55,895 nt of DNA, from positions 1 through 55,895 of the forward strand of contig CAMBFY010000001.1 of the NCBI GenBank assembly GCA_945865415.1, written 5' to 3'. Made by a program: the position numbers and the translations under genes. The notes beneath the pieces were generated by a model that was not told the DNA's origin, did not search any database, and was given only the letters and a program-made list of their open reading frames with translations. Source of the stretch: Sphingobacterium thalpophilum (GTDB lineage Bacteria > Bacteroidota > Bacteroidia > Sphingobacteriales > Sphingobacteriaceae). Of the stretch, positions 1 to 9,086 are shown piece by piece (within the stretch, counting starts at the first letter, position 1; each line of letters opens with the position of its first letter).

Positions 1-34
1 TTTGCTCATATTCGAGCGATTCTTCTTTCTTCAT
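1..34 (-). CDS. 5' end of a CDS (MKKEESLEYEQ...), probably the IS256 transposase; truncated by the window edge
   Basis: Read manually: ATG at 34, open to position 1, about 58 bp inside the putative IS end. Confidence 0.45.
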   Translation of the reverse strand, partial: MKKEESLEYEQ

Positions 35-93
35 TATAAACTGTGTTACTAAGTTAATATTCTAACTCGTGACACAGTTTATTTTACACTCTT
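1..93 (-). mobile_element. Probable left end of an IS256-family insertion sequence (rest lies outside the window)
   Basis: Reverse complement of 71-92 is AGAGTGTAAAATAAACTGTGTC, resembling IS256-type termini. An internal inverted copy ATAAACTGTGT lies at 36-46. A minus-strand ATG at 34 runs off the window edge. Confidence 0.55.
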
Positions 94-122
94 TCCTGAA
101 AGGTAATGTGTGACCCAAACCG

Positions 123-797
123 ATTCCAGCGGAGGCTGGAATCTCCTTATTTACTACTTCCAACTTGTCATTCTCGCGAAGGCGAGAACCTCCTCGCTCC
201 CAATCAACCACTGTCATTCCCGCGTAGGCGAGAACCTCCACATCCTTAATTCAATTTGTCATCCGCCAACTATCAATTCCAGCGGAGGCTGGAATCTCCT
301 TATCACCAAAACGCTAATTGTCATTCTCGCGTAGGCGAGAACCTCCTCGCTCCCAAACAACCATTGTCATTCTCGCGTAGGCGAGAACCTCCACATCCTT
401 AATTCAATTTGTCATCCACCAACTATCAATTCCAGCGGAGGCTGGAATCTCCTTATCACCAAAACGCTAATTGTCATTCTCGCGAAGGCGAGAACCTCCA
501 CATCTTTCATTCAATTTGTCATCCGATAATTATCGTTTCCAGCGGAGGCTGGAATCTCCTTATTTACTATTTCCGACTTGTCATTCTCGCGTAGGCGAGA
601 ACCTCCACATCCTTAATTCAATTTGTCATCCGCCAACTATCAATTCCAGCGAAGGCTGGAATCTCCTTATTTACTATTTCCAACTTGTCATTCTCGCGTA
701 GGCGAGAACCTCCACATCCCAAATAACTATTGTCATTCCCGCGGAAGCGGGAACCCCAAACACTAATTGTCATTCCCGCGAAATCGAGAAATCTCGA
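123..797 (+). repeat. Mosaic tandem array of REP-like palindromes (TGTC/CGTC-tagged type)
   Basis: Unit A ATTCCAGCGGAGGCTGGAATCTCC at 123, 276, 429, 536, 643. Unit B GTCATTCTCGCGTAGGCGAGAACCTCC at 167, 213, 320, 366, 473, 580, 687. Variants at 732 and 769. Linkers are also repeated. Confidence 0.92.
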
Positions 798-810
798 ATG
801 AAAATCAACC

Positions 811-947
811 CCCTGTAAAATAAACCTTGCCGAAGGAGGTAGCTTCTGGCTAATCGTAATATTAAATAAAAGGAGATTTGTTGCCAGAACTACCCCCGGA
901 GGAAAGGGCTGAACCAAGCTATAACACACAGGTATTGCTTTTCAATA
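811..947 (-). ncRNA. Putative structured RNA or mobile-element non-coding end (long imperfect hairpin); strand uncertain
   Basis: GGAGGTAG-C-TTCTGGC (835-850) pairs with GCCAGAA-CTACCCCC (883-897), extended by CCTT..CCG / CGG..AAGG. CCTGT (812-816) pairs with ACAGG (928-932). Confidence 0.35.
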
Positions 948-1089
948 GCAGCGAATTTTAGCTTCATAGCTTTATATAAACAACTAATAAGCCGACCTTT
1001 CAACCTTTCCATTATCATACTTTGCTTAAATGGTATAATTTATAATGATAAAATTGTAATTTAATATCCTAAACATCCAGGTCATAAAT

Positions 1090-2226
1090 ATGAAAACTCA
1101 AACCGGAACGAAAACTAATACAGTTGACAATAAACCACAACGACTTCTATCTATTGACGCGCTCCGTGGATTTGATATGCTACTGATTTCAGGTGGGGGT
1201 ACATTTCTAGTTCTGCTCGAGAATAAAACCGGCTTAGCCGGGGTTGACTGGATTGCAGATCAACTAAAACATCCCACATGGAATGGTTTTACATTTTATG
1301 ATTTTATTTTCCCCCTGTTCCTCTTCATTGCCGGAGTATCCATGGCCTTTTCCTTAAACAAAGGAATAGAAATGGGCCTTTCAAAGTCCGAATTATACAA
1401 AAAAGCCTTTTGGCGAATGCTCATCTTAGTGATTCTCGGAATCATTGATAAAAATCAGCCTGTCACATTTTTTGAGCCCAGCCAGATCAGAGTGGCAAGT
1501 GTATTGGGTAGAATCGGCCTTGCCGGATTTTTCGCTAGTCTCTTGTATTTAAACTTTTCCCGTCTTCACAGAATATTCTGGGTTGCAGGAATTCTGCTGC
1601 TCTATTATGCAGCCCTTTTTTTGATACCTGTCCCTGGCTACGGCGCAGGAAATTTAACAATAGAGGGTAATCTTGTTGGCTGGATTGATAGAAATTTTCT
1701 TCCCGGCAGACTTCTGCAAAAAATTTATGATGAAAACGGACTCATCACTCAGCTTCCTGCACTTTGCCTTACTGTAATGGGCTCATTGGCGGGTGATGTT
1801 CTACGCTCGGATCGAAAAGAGGGCAGAAAACTGCAGATTCTTTTACTGGCAGGAATTGTAGGTATTGGCATCGGACTTTTCTGGGGACTGCATTTCCCAA
1901 TCAACAAACACCTTTGGTCGAGTTCGTTCATTTTACTCACCGCCGGAATGGCATTTTTAATACTTAGCCTTTTCTATTATGTCATTGATGTATTGAAATT
2001 CCAAAGCTGGACTTTCTTCTTTAAGGTAATCGGAATGAATTCATTAACCATTTACCTAGCATATCATTTCATTGACTTTGAACATACCTCACATGCACTT
2101 TTCGCAGGATTATATGCACCAGTTCCAGAACAGTTTCATGATGCTCTCGAAGCATTGGGTGCATTGGTTCTTGTATGGTCCATGATGTATTTTCTGTATA
2201 AGAAGAAGATTTTTATTAAGATTTAA
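1090..2226 (+). CDS. DUF5009 / heparan-alpha-glucosaminide N-acetyltransferase-like (NagX-type) membrane acyltransferase
   Basis: Motifs RLLSIDALRGFDM, DFIFPLFLF, VLGRIG, FPINKHLWSSSF, GMNSL; multi-TM. Confidence 0.85.
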   Translation: MKTQTGTKTNTVDNKPQRLLSIDALRGFDMLLISGGGTFLVLLENKTGLAGVDWIADQLKHPTWNGFTFYDFIFPLFLFIAGVSMAFSLNKGIEMGLSKSELYKKAFWRMLILVILGIIDKNQPVTFFEPSQIRVASVLGRIGLAGFFASLLYLNFSRLHRIFWVAGILLLYYAALFLIPVPGYGAGNLTIEGNLVGWIDRNFLPGRLLQKIYDENGLITQLPALCLTVMGSLAGDVLRSDRKEGRKLQILLLAGIVGIGIGLFWGLHFPINKHLWSSSFILLTAGMAFLILSLFYYVIDVLKFQSWTFFFKVIGMNSLTIYLAYHFIDFEHTSHALFAGLYAPVPEQFHDALEALGALVLVWSMMYFLYKKKIFIKI

Positions 2227-2358
2227 TAGTAAGTTATAAGTTGTAGGTTATAAGTTTTAAGTTTTAGATTCTGCTTTTGATTTGACAATCTACTCATTAT
2301 TGGTTTTGCTTGTTTGTTCATCGGCGTATAGACAAATCATCCTTGCAGCATCTCTAAA

Positions 2359-2425
2359 CCCTTTCCGCCTTGGGCGGAGGGACAGCACTATTCGTAAAAC
2401 CAGTAGCTAAGTACCAAGGGTGAGG
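2359..2425. repeat. REP-like palindrome (CCCT..CC / GG..AGGG...AGGGTGAGG type)
   Basis: CCCTTTCCGCC-TTG-GGCGGAGGG hairpin followed by CCAAGGGTGAGG, between convergent genes. Confidence 0.55.
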
Positions 2426-2558
2426 CCCCAAAATTGCTCATTCTCCTCCATCGACAATTAGACAAATCATCTAATCGACAAATCACCCCCATTTGCTCCG
2501 GAAAAAGTGACTGACGAAATCAACTTTCTAAACGCATAGGTGATTTCGTAAGTCCAAA

Positions 2559-3848
2559 TTAGCTTTTCAACCACTTATCAAACCATTCAAAAGCTTCCTT
2601 TTGCATATCGCTATCAAACTTATGCGGACCAGGATAATAGGAGCACTTATACTTGTCCTCTGCTTTTGCTTTTGTATAGACATCCTTAAGAATTTTATCG
2701 GCATTTTGCATTTCCGGAAGGGTATACAACTCGTCATCCGAATCGTTTAGAACAAGGGTTGGAAGTGGAGCCCTTAAGCCAAGAATCTCAGGAAAGTCCA
2801 TTTCATTTGGCAGAATCGGAACATAGGTCATCCAGGTATGGGTAAAGGACTTATTCAGAATCAAATCTTTCCATGTTGTCATGAAACCAACACAAACCGC
2901 ACACTTTATTCTGGAATCCAATCCACCCATAAATACAGTGCGCATACCTCCACCGGATAATCCTGCGCATCCAACCTGATCCGGATTTACATCTTTGCGG
3001 GCGCACAAAACATCCAGTGCTTTTTGATCTTCAGCAAAAAAGACACCCGGCCAGGTAGTACCCGCACAAAACAATGATTTAGCCATAATATGCTCATGAT
3101 CGGATGCCCAGGTATTATACGATTTAATATTCTCGGAATTTTCAGGATCTTGATCAGTTAAGCCTTTTCGCATAGTTGAGGGAACATCCTCAAGCATTAC
3201 CCTGCGGCTGGCGAAAGGAAATGCATCAGATACCAAAACAACATAACCGCGTTTTGCAATCTCATTGGCCCAGGCCATACCGCTATAATATTTACTCTGA
3301 TGTTCAACCATATCAGGATGCTGCTTATCAGAAGTACGTGTGATTTTTCTGGTTCCAAAGTATTTGTTTGCTCCATGATCATGGAAGGCAAGAATTCCAG
3401 GTAATGGACCCTTTGCATCTGCTGGCTTTAACAAAATAGCCTCAGTAGAACGCCCGTAAGGTAGTTGCCAGCTAAGCTCTTCGATATGTAAACCATCGTA
3501 TTTGTATTGCTTTTTAACAGTTACTACCGGTAGTCCTCCGATTTCTGGAATACCCAAACGATCAAGTATACGCTCATTTGCAGACGCCCTCCATTGATCA
3601 ATATTTTGCCATTTTGGATTCCTCAGAGAATGAGTAGGTATTTTGTTATCATTCAGGGAATTCGCCCAGGGGCCATAAAGACCGATGATACTTTGTTTTG
3701 TCGGATCTATAGGTTCATCAACAACAGGAACATCTGTAGCACGTTTAGAATCATTACAGGATGCAAGACTAGTCAGCATGCTGCTGCTTACCACACCAAC
3801 TCCGGCTATGCCTGCTACCTTTAGAAAATCTCTGCGATTGTTTTTCAT
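2559..3848 (-). CDS. Tat-exported lipoprotein alpha/beta hydrolase (dienelactone hydrolase / carbohydrate esterase-like)
   Basis: NRRDFLK twin-arginine motif, LASC lipobox, GLSGG nucleophile elbow, C-terminal PGPH His. Confidence 0.8.
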   Translation of the reverse strand: MKNNRRDFLKVAGIAGVGVVSSSMLTSLASCNDSKRATDVPVVDEPIDPTKQSIIGLYGPWANSLNDNKIPTHSLRNPKWQNIDQWRASANERILDRLGIPEIGGLPVVTVKKQYKYDGLHIEELSWQLPYGRSTEAILLKPADAKGPLPGILAFHDHGANKYFGTRKITRTSDKQHPDMVEHQSKYYSGMAWANEIAKRGYVVLVSDAFPFASRRVMLEDVPSTMRKGLTDQDPENSENIKSYNTWASDHEHIMAKSLFCAGTTWPGVFFAEDQKALDVLCARKDVNPDQVGCAGLSGGGMRTVFMGGLDSRIKCAVCVGFMTTWKDLILNKSFTHTWMTYVPILPNEMDFPEILGLRAPLPTLVLNDSDDELYTLPEMQNADKILKDVYTKAKAEDKYKCSYYPGPHKFDSDMQKEAFEWFDKWLKS

Positions 3849-4048
3849 TTGAATATGATTTGTTTTTAAAATTTACCCACAGGTGTGTGATGTATGTCAA
3901 TTTTAAAACAAGATAAGAGATTTTTTAAATAGAGTGCAAGAAGTGGGTGGGATTTATGCTTAATTCGGCCATCGGAGGTCTGAGGCCTGAGGTCTGAACG
4001 CGCGCACTAGCAACGGGGAGATAAATCCTGCTTCAGCAAAATTTCATA

Positions 4049-4138
4049 CTCATCATGATGAGATTCTTCGTCGCCTCACACAAAAAGTAACCCGATAGCT
4101 ATCGGGTTGAGAAAATCCTCTGGCTCCTCTGAATGACA
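4049..4138. repeat. REP-like element with a nested perfect 20-bp palindrome
   Basis: GAGATTCTTCGTCGC...CTCCTCTGAATGACA arms enclose AACCCGATAGCTATCGGGTT (4089-4108). Confidence 0.6.
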
Positions 4139-4341
4139 AGCGTTACAAAATGCTCAATATAGGAAGATGTGACCCGAATACTATCGAATTGCTAATTTGC
4201 TCATTTTCAAATTCTCTAATTTCTTCCCGATCAACAAATAGACAAATCACCTAATTGACAAATCAAATGGATCAAAGAACAAGGAATAAAGACAAGAGAA
4301 CGATAGCTTCAAATGGAGTAGTCATCCCATTTGCTAATTTG

Positions 4342-5205
4342 CTAATTCTTTAACAACCCCAGCAAATACTCCCCATACCCACTCTTAATCAAAGGTTCTG
4401 CAACTTTCCTTAATTGTTGGGAATCAATAAACTTCATTTGAAATGCGATCTCCTCAATACAACCTATTTTTAATCCCTGCCGTTCTTCAATCACCTGTAC
4501 AAACTGACCGGCCTGCATCAGCGAATTAAAGGTACCAGTATCCAGCCATGCGGTACCGCGACTTAATACTCCAACTTTCAGTTTCCCTTGTTGTAAATAC
4601 TCACGGTTTACATCTGTAATCTCGTATTCACCCCTTGGTGATGGCTTGATACTTTTTGCAATCTCGACAACTGAATTATTATAAAAGTACAATCCTGGTA
4701 CCGCATAATTAGATTTAGGCTTAATTGGTTTTTCTTCAATTGAAAGCGCCTTAAAATCCTGATTGAACTCAACTACTCCATATCGCTCAGGATCAGATAC
4801 CTGATAAGCAAATACAATTCCTCCCTCAGGATCTTGAATAGTTGGTAAAAGATTACTAATAGAATCCCCGTGAAAAATGTTATCTCCAAGTATGAGTGCA
4901 ACATCATCACCCCCAATGAATTTTTCACCGATAACAAAAGCCTGTGCAAGTCCGTTTGGTATTTTCTGTTCTGCATAAGAAAATTTGCAGCCAATCCGGC
5001 TTCCATCTCCCAGAAGCTTCTCAAAGTTTGGCAGATCATGCGGAGTAGAAATAATCAGAATCTCGCGGATTCCTGCCTGCATCAGGGTAGAAAGCGGATA
5101 ATAAATCATGGGCTTATCATACACAGGCATCAATTGTTTGCTAACCGCTAGTGTAAGTGGGTGTAATCTTGTTCCTGATCCGCCCGCGAGTATAATTCCT
5201 TTCAT
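4342..5205 (-). CDS. rfbA: Glucose-1-phosphate thymidylyltransferase
   Basis: [18 protein letters not shown]...[29 protein letters not shown]. Confidence 0.97.
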   Translation of the reverse strand: MKGIILAGGSGTRLHPLTLAVSKQLMPVYDKPMIYYPLSTLMQAGIREILIISTPHDLPNFEKLLGDGSRIGCKFSYAEQKIPNGLAQAFVIGEKFIGGDDVALILGDNIFHGDSISNLLPTIQDPEGGIVFAYQVSDPERYGVVEFNQDFKALSIEEKPIKPKSNYAVPGLYFYNNSVVEIAKSIKPSPRGEYEITDVNREYLQQGKLKVGVLSRGTAWLDTGTFNSLMQAGQFVQVIEERQGLKIGCIEEIAFQMKFIDSQQLRKVAEPLIKSGYGEYLLGLLKN

Positions 5206-5331
5206 TGCTTTTAAATAAATAGTTACCTGTTGTCTGTTACCTGTTATCAGTAAATTACTGCTTCATATAATATTTATTTACTAGTAGACGGAACGCTAAT
5301 TGTCCACTGTCAATCATCAATCATCAACTAA

Positions 5332-5895
5332 TTAAAAAGCCTGCTCCCCGGTCAATCTCAGATCCCCGGTAGATTGTACGATTTCATAATATGAAAAATC
5401 TTCATTTGCCCAAAAACTAGTGCCATAAAGAATGTTTTGTTTTGAAGTAATACTGACAAGCTTAGTAGAATAGAACCGCCTTTTAGTTTCATCCCAAGTC
5501 AATTCATCGGATTTGAATGTCTCTCCTTTGATATTTGTAACAACAACATTTCGCTTAAGCTCAACAATACTTTCCCGTTCACGCCGAATTGCATAATCCG
5601 CTATTACCCTACTTGATTCTTGTTGGTACTGATCAAAAAAAATCACAGTTACGCCTTTATTCATCTCGATGTAAGGTTTCTCTGTTTTGAAGTTAAGCAA
5701 TTCGGGAGTAATAAGTTTTGCCTTTACAATGGCAGAATCACTGTAAATAATCTCTACGCCTGTAGATTTATCAACTGGCACCAACATTTTCTTGGCTGAT
5801 ATTTGCTCAACCTTACGCAAATCATTCTCACAGGAAAACAGCAGAACAATTCCTACGTAAAAAACAGCACCGAATAGGCAGCGCCGGAATTTCAT
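5332..5895 (-). CDS. lptC: LPS export ABC transporter periplasmic protein LptC
   Basis: Lipobox LFSC, IIYSDSA...KAKLI, SDELTWD; follows coaX-OMP as in other Bacteroidota. Confidence 0.8.
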   Translation of the reverse strand: MKFRRCLFGAVFYVGIVLLFSCENDLRKVEQISAKKMLVPVDKSTGVEIIYSDSAIVKAKLITPELLNFKTEKPYIEMNKGVTVIFFDQYQQESSRVIADYAIRRERESIVELKRNVVVTNIKGETFKSDELTWDETKRRFYSTKLVSITSKQNILYGTSFWANEDFSYYEIVQSTGDLRLTGEQAF

Positions 5896-5898
5896 CGA

Positions 5899-7194
5899 TT
5901 AATCAATATAGTTTTTCTGAAACCACTTGTCATTAAGTGTAAAACCAAGATGGATATTTACATAGCGGTCGCGAACAAGGTTGTTCATTTCAGTACCACG
6001 CTGGCCTATCTCTGCAGCCAGATTTATTTTATAGAAACTTGAACGGTTACGAGGCAATGGGAAACCAAAGCCAAAATTTAGAGCATATTGGTTGATATCG
6101 TTATTACCAATCTTTACAAAGGTTTTGTCATATTTAATACCTAAGCGATAATCCATAAGTTTAAAATAACCGTTTACAGAATTCGCATCTGGTGTAAACT
6201 GCCCCCCAACGATAACCCCATAGCTGTCATTCAGGCCTGGATTTGATACTCCTTCTCTATAGTCTGACCACCTGCTGTAAGTGAAATCAGCCCCAAAAAG
6301 CCAGGCATTGGTTTTTTCAAATGCAAAGCCGGCAGTATGAGTCAGTGGCATTGTAATTTTAGATTTAGCTCCTTCGGCAAAAAGGGTACTATCTGCTGCC
6401 GCAAGTTCGTCTCCTGTTACATCTTTCCTGTACCTGGTAGTTACAATATTATTTCTGGATGTCAGATTGTTACCTGAATTTCCTGTATAACCCAGAATCA
6501 ATTTTGTTTTGCTATTAATTTCAGCGGAATATTGTAAGGCATAATCATAACTAACCCCACCAACTGAATTATTATACTGCGTGCGTGAATTAAAAGCTAC
6601 TGAAGATTCATTTACCAATTCGAAGGCTCTGGTTTGTTTAAGGTTGCCAAATAGATAAGCAAAGTTAAAGCCTAAACTTAAATTTTTATTGATTCTAAAG
6701 CCATATCCTAAATACGCCTTTGACATACCTCCCTCACCACCATAAATATAATTTACCTTATTGGTATCAACCAGGCCTGAATTCATGAACTGATATCCTA
6801 AATCGCTATATGGAACGAGTCCGAAACTTATCCCAGAAGATCTGCTTACAGGAACACCAAAAGTAATATGACTAAGCGTTGAGTTTAGCTGTGTTTTACC
6901 GGAAACTCCTCCTTTGCTTAGCTGCCTAATATCCATTGAGGCCCCAACATCAAAAGCTGTCAGTTCAAATGTTGAATAAGATGCCGGGTTCGCCAAATTA
7001 ACATTATCATAAAGTCCGGGCTTACGAATACCCATACTTAAACCACCCATAGCCCGATTTTGAGGCAATAATGAACCGTTCAAATCTCCAAGTCCAAATT
7101 GAGAATAAGGAGAGGAAGAAGTAATCTGAGCGGTAGCAGATATACTTATAAAAAGAAGATAGAAGAAAAATATATTTTTTAGTACTTTAATCAT
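5899..7194 (-). CDS. Outer-membrane beta-barrel protein (FadL/PorV-like family)
   Basis: Signal peptide, SSPYSQFGLG, AMGG, NPASY, amphipathic strands, C-terminal LGFTLNDKWF. Confidence 0.75.
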   Translation of the reverse strand: MIKVLKNIFFFYLLFISISATAQITSSSPYSQFGLGDLNGSLLPQNRAMGGLSMGIRKPGLYDNVNLANPASYSTFELTAFDVGASMDIRQLSKGGVSGKTQLNSTLSHITFGVPVSRSSGISFGLVPYSDLGYQFMNSGLVDTNKVNYIYGGEGGMSKAYLGYGFRINKNLSLGFNFAYLFGNLKQTRAFELVNESSVAFNSRTQYNNSVGGVSYDYALQYSAEINSKTKLILGYTGNSGNNLTSRNNIVTTRYRKDVTGDELAAADSTLFAEGAKSKITMPLTHTAGFAFEKTNAWLFGADFTYSRWSDYREGVSNPGLNDSYGVIVGGQFTPDANSVNGYFKLMDYRLGIKYDKTFVKIGNNDINQYALNFGFGFPLPRNRSSFYKINLAAEIGQRGTEMNNLVRDRYVNIHLGFTLNDKWFQKNYID

Positions 7195-7924
7195 TGTTGT
7201 CGATAACTTTATTTAAACCATATAATACCAAATCAGGCTCGGTTTTTAAAGTGTGGGCAAAGATGCTATTTTTAAGCCTAGTATCAAAAAAAATCGCATC
7301 ACCACCACATAATATGACCCTTAATTCGGGATATTTTGATCTGTAAATCTCAATCATCCCCCTTACTTCTTCTGTGCTGCCATTGAGAACACCCGATAAC
7401 ATTGCAGTTGACGTATCATATCCTCTCCAGTCTGAATAGTCTGATAGTTCAATTTCCGGCAATCGGCCGGTAAATTTATGCATAGCCTTCAACCTCATTA
7501 TCAATCCCGGAGAAATACTTCCACCTTCATAAACACCCGCTAAATCAACCGCATCATAGGTAATACAGGTACCTGCATCAATAACAAGGCAATTATGCCC
7601 GGGGAAAAGTGCTTTTGCTCCAATAACTCCTGCAAGCCTATCTAATCCAAGGGTTAAAGGACTTTTGTATCTATTTATTACTCCAGCTTTAACATCTGCT
7701 GAGAATCGAATATATTTAGTTCTGATTTTTAATAAATTTTCCAGAATTGAAATTTCATCATTAACAGATGAAATTATACTGTTAGTAATTTTATGATTAT
7801 CAAGTATTAGGTTTAATTGATCTAGGTCAAACTTTACAATCTTGCCTGTTTCCCTTAGTTTCCCTTGATGAAAAATAGCAAACTTTGCACGTGAATTGCC
7901 TATATCAATAACCAGGTTTGCCAT
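7187..7924 (-). CDS. coaX: Type III pantothenate kinase
   Basis: LVIDIGNS, LGLDR, VIDAGTCITYD, GGSISPG, GGDA. Confidence 0.95.
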   Translation of the reverse strand: MANLVIDIGNSRAKFAIFHQGKLRETGKIVKFDLDQLNLILDNHKITNSIISSVNDEISILENLLKIRTKYIRFSADVKAGVINRYKSPLTLGLDRLAGVIGAKALFPGHNCLVIDAGTCITYDAVDLAGVYEGGSISPGLIMRLKAMHKFTGRLPEIELSDYSDWRGYDTSTAMLSGVLNGSTEEVRGMIEIYRSKYPELRVILCGGDAIFFDTRLKNSIFAHTLKTEPDLVLYGLNKVIDNND

Positions 7925-8105
7925 TAAAATTCTATTGTCAACTCCATTTTACCAGCGCAATGCTGATCACTTACAACTGAATAGACAAAATGGTTTTTAT
8001 CAAGATTTGAGATAATTAAAAGTCCATTTTGTATTGAACAAAGCTATTGAATTTTTGAAATACAGGGGACTTAATTCTGTTAAAAAAGGTTAAATCATCA
8101 CAAGG

Positions 8106-9086
8106 TCAGAATAACTGAAAATAAATAATACAAGCAGTGAGAACCAGATAAAGGCTCTCGTAAAACAATCTTATGCCGGAGTGGAGAAAATAATAGGCCA
8201 TCAAAGCTGCAGCGGGAGGCACACAGAATAAAAAATGATAAAGAACATGATTCTCTTTTAAATAAAAAGATAGAAGTCCGATAAAGAACATGAAAAACAA
8301 AAATTGAAAAAATTTTCTAAGCTGAACGACACTTCTGAAGAAATTTTGTTGCAATTGAAAAAAACCTAATACTAGAATAAATATCAAAGGTATCAACACC
8401 AAAGAATCATAGAGATTGATCCGAAGATTTGTAGGAAATTTAGTGGTAAGTGGTAACCAGATCCTATAGAATTTGTCCAGCGAATCATTCCAATAATAAA
8501 AAACCGCCAGAAAAAAGAAGATGGTAATAAACCCTGAAATCACCGCAAACCACTCTCTCCAGTTGAACGGCCTGAAAATCATAAGACTTATCCATACAAG
8601 AAGAAGCATAGATATAAACGGGAAATAAATAAGTGTGCCGATAGCTACCATCATTCCCAAATCATATGTTAGCGACTTGACATCATTTCTTTTGTAAATA
8701 CTTAAGAAATTGTCAATCATCCAGAGCAGCAAAAAATTACAAACCAGAACAGGACTTAAAAGCAGGAATGGACTAAGTAAACTACCTGCCGTTACGTACA
8801 TCAATGCGGGTAAAAAAGTAGGTTTCCCGAGTAAACTGTGTTGATTTATGATCCAGTTGAAAATTAATGCCTGTATGATCAAAATGATTTGTGCAATCAG
8901 AACATTTGCAAGCGGACTGAATGCATTTTCAAGCGGTACATTTATTAATAACCTTGCAAAAGGCTCCATAAACTCAAAGCTGATTTGTTCAGGCAACTGG
9001 ATTAATACACCAACTCTTAATAAGGTAGCGATACCAATCAGAAGAATGATATTTAACGCATAAATGCTCCTGAACTGCTTAATCAT
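8106..9086 (-). CDS. DUF6427-like integral membrane protein
   Basis: Polytopic hydrophobic protein with RPFNWREW motif; family often near upp in Bacteroidota. Confidence 0.65.
   Translation of the reverse strand: MIKQFRSIYALNIILLIGIATLLRVGVLIQLPEQISFEFMEPFARLLINVPLENAFSPLANVLIAQIILIIQALIFNWIINQHSLLGKPTFLPALMYVTAGSLLSPFLLLSPVLVCNFLLLWMIDNFLSIYKRNDVKSLTYDLGMMVAIGTLIYFPFISMLLLVWISLMIFRPFNWREWFAVISGFITIFFFLAVFYYWNDSLDKFYRIWLPLTTKFPTNLRINLYDSLVLIPLIFILVLGFFQLQQNFFRSVVQLRKFFQFLFFMFFIGLLSFYLKENHVLYHFLFCVPPAAALMAYYFLHSGIRLFYESLYLVLTACIIYFQLF

Noticed and set aside
123-797. CRISPR array or TIGR-like guide array
   Set aside because: Linkers are repeated rather than unique, two long palindromic unit types alternate with uneven spacing, and no cas or Nop-domain gene is in the window.
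110-929. ORFs 110-334, 409-594, 471-701 and 618-929 as real repeat proteins
   Set aside because: They are translations of the palindrome array in several frames with non-ATG starts; the 107-bp period breaks frame.
811-947. 6S RNA or intrinsic terminator
   Set aside because: No zapA/rny context or recognisable 6S sequence, and no U-tract or upstream gene. Kept only as an unassigned structure.
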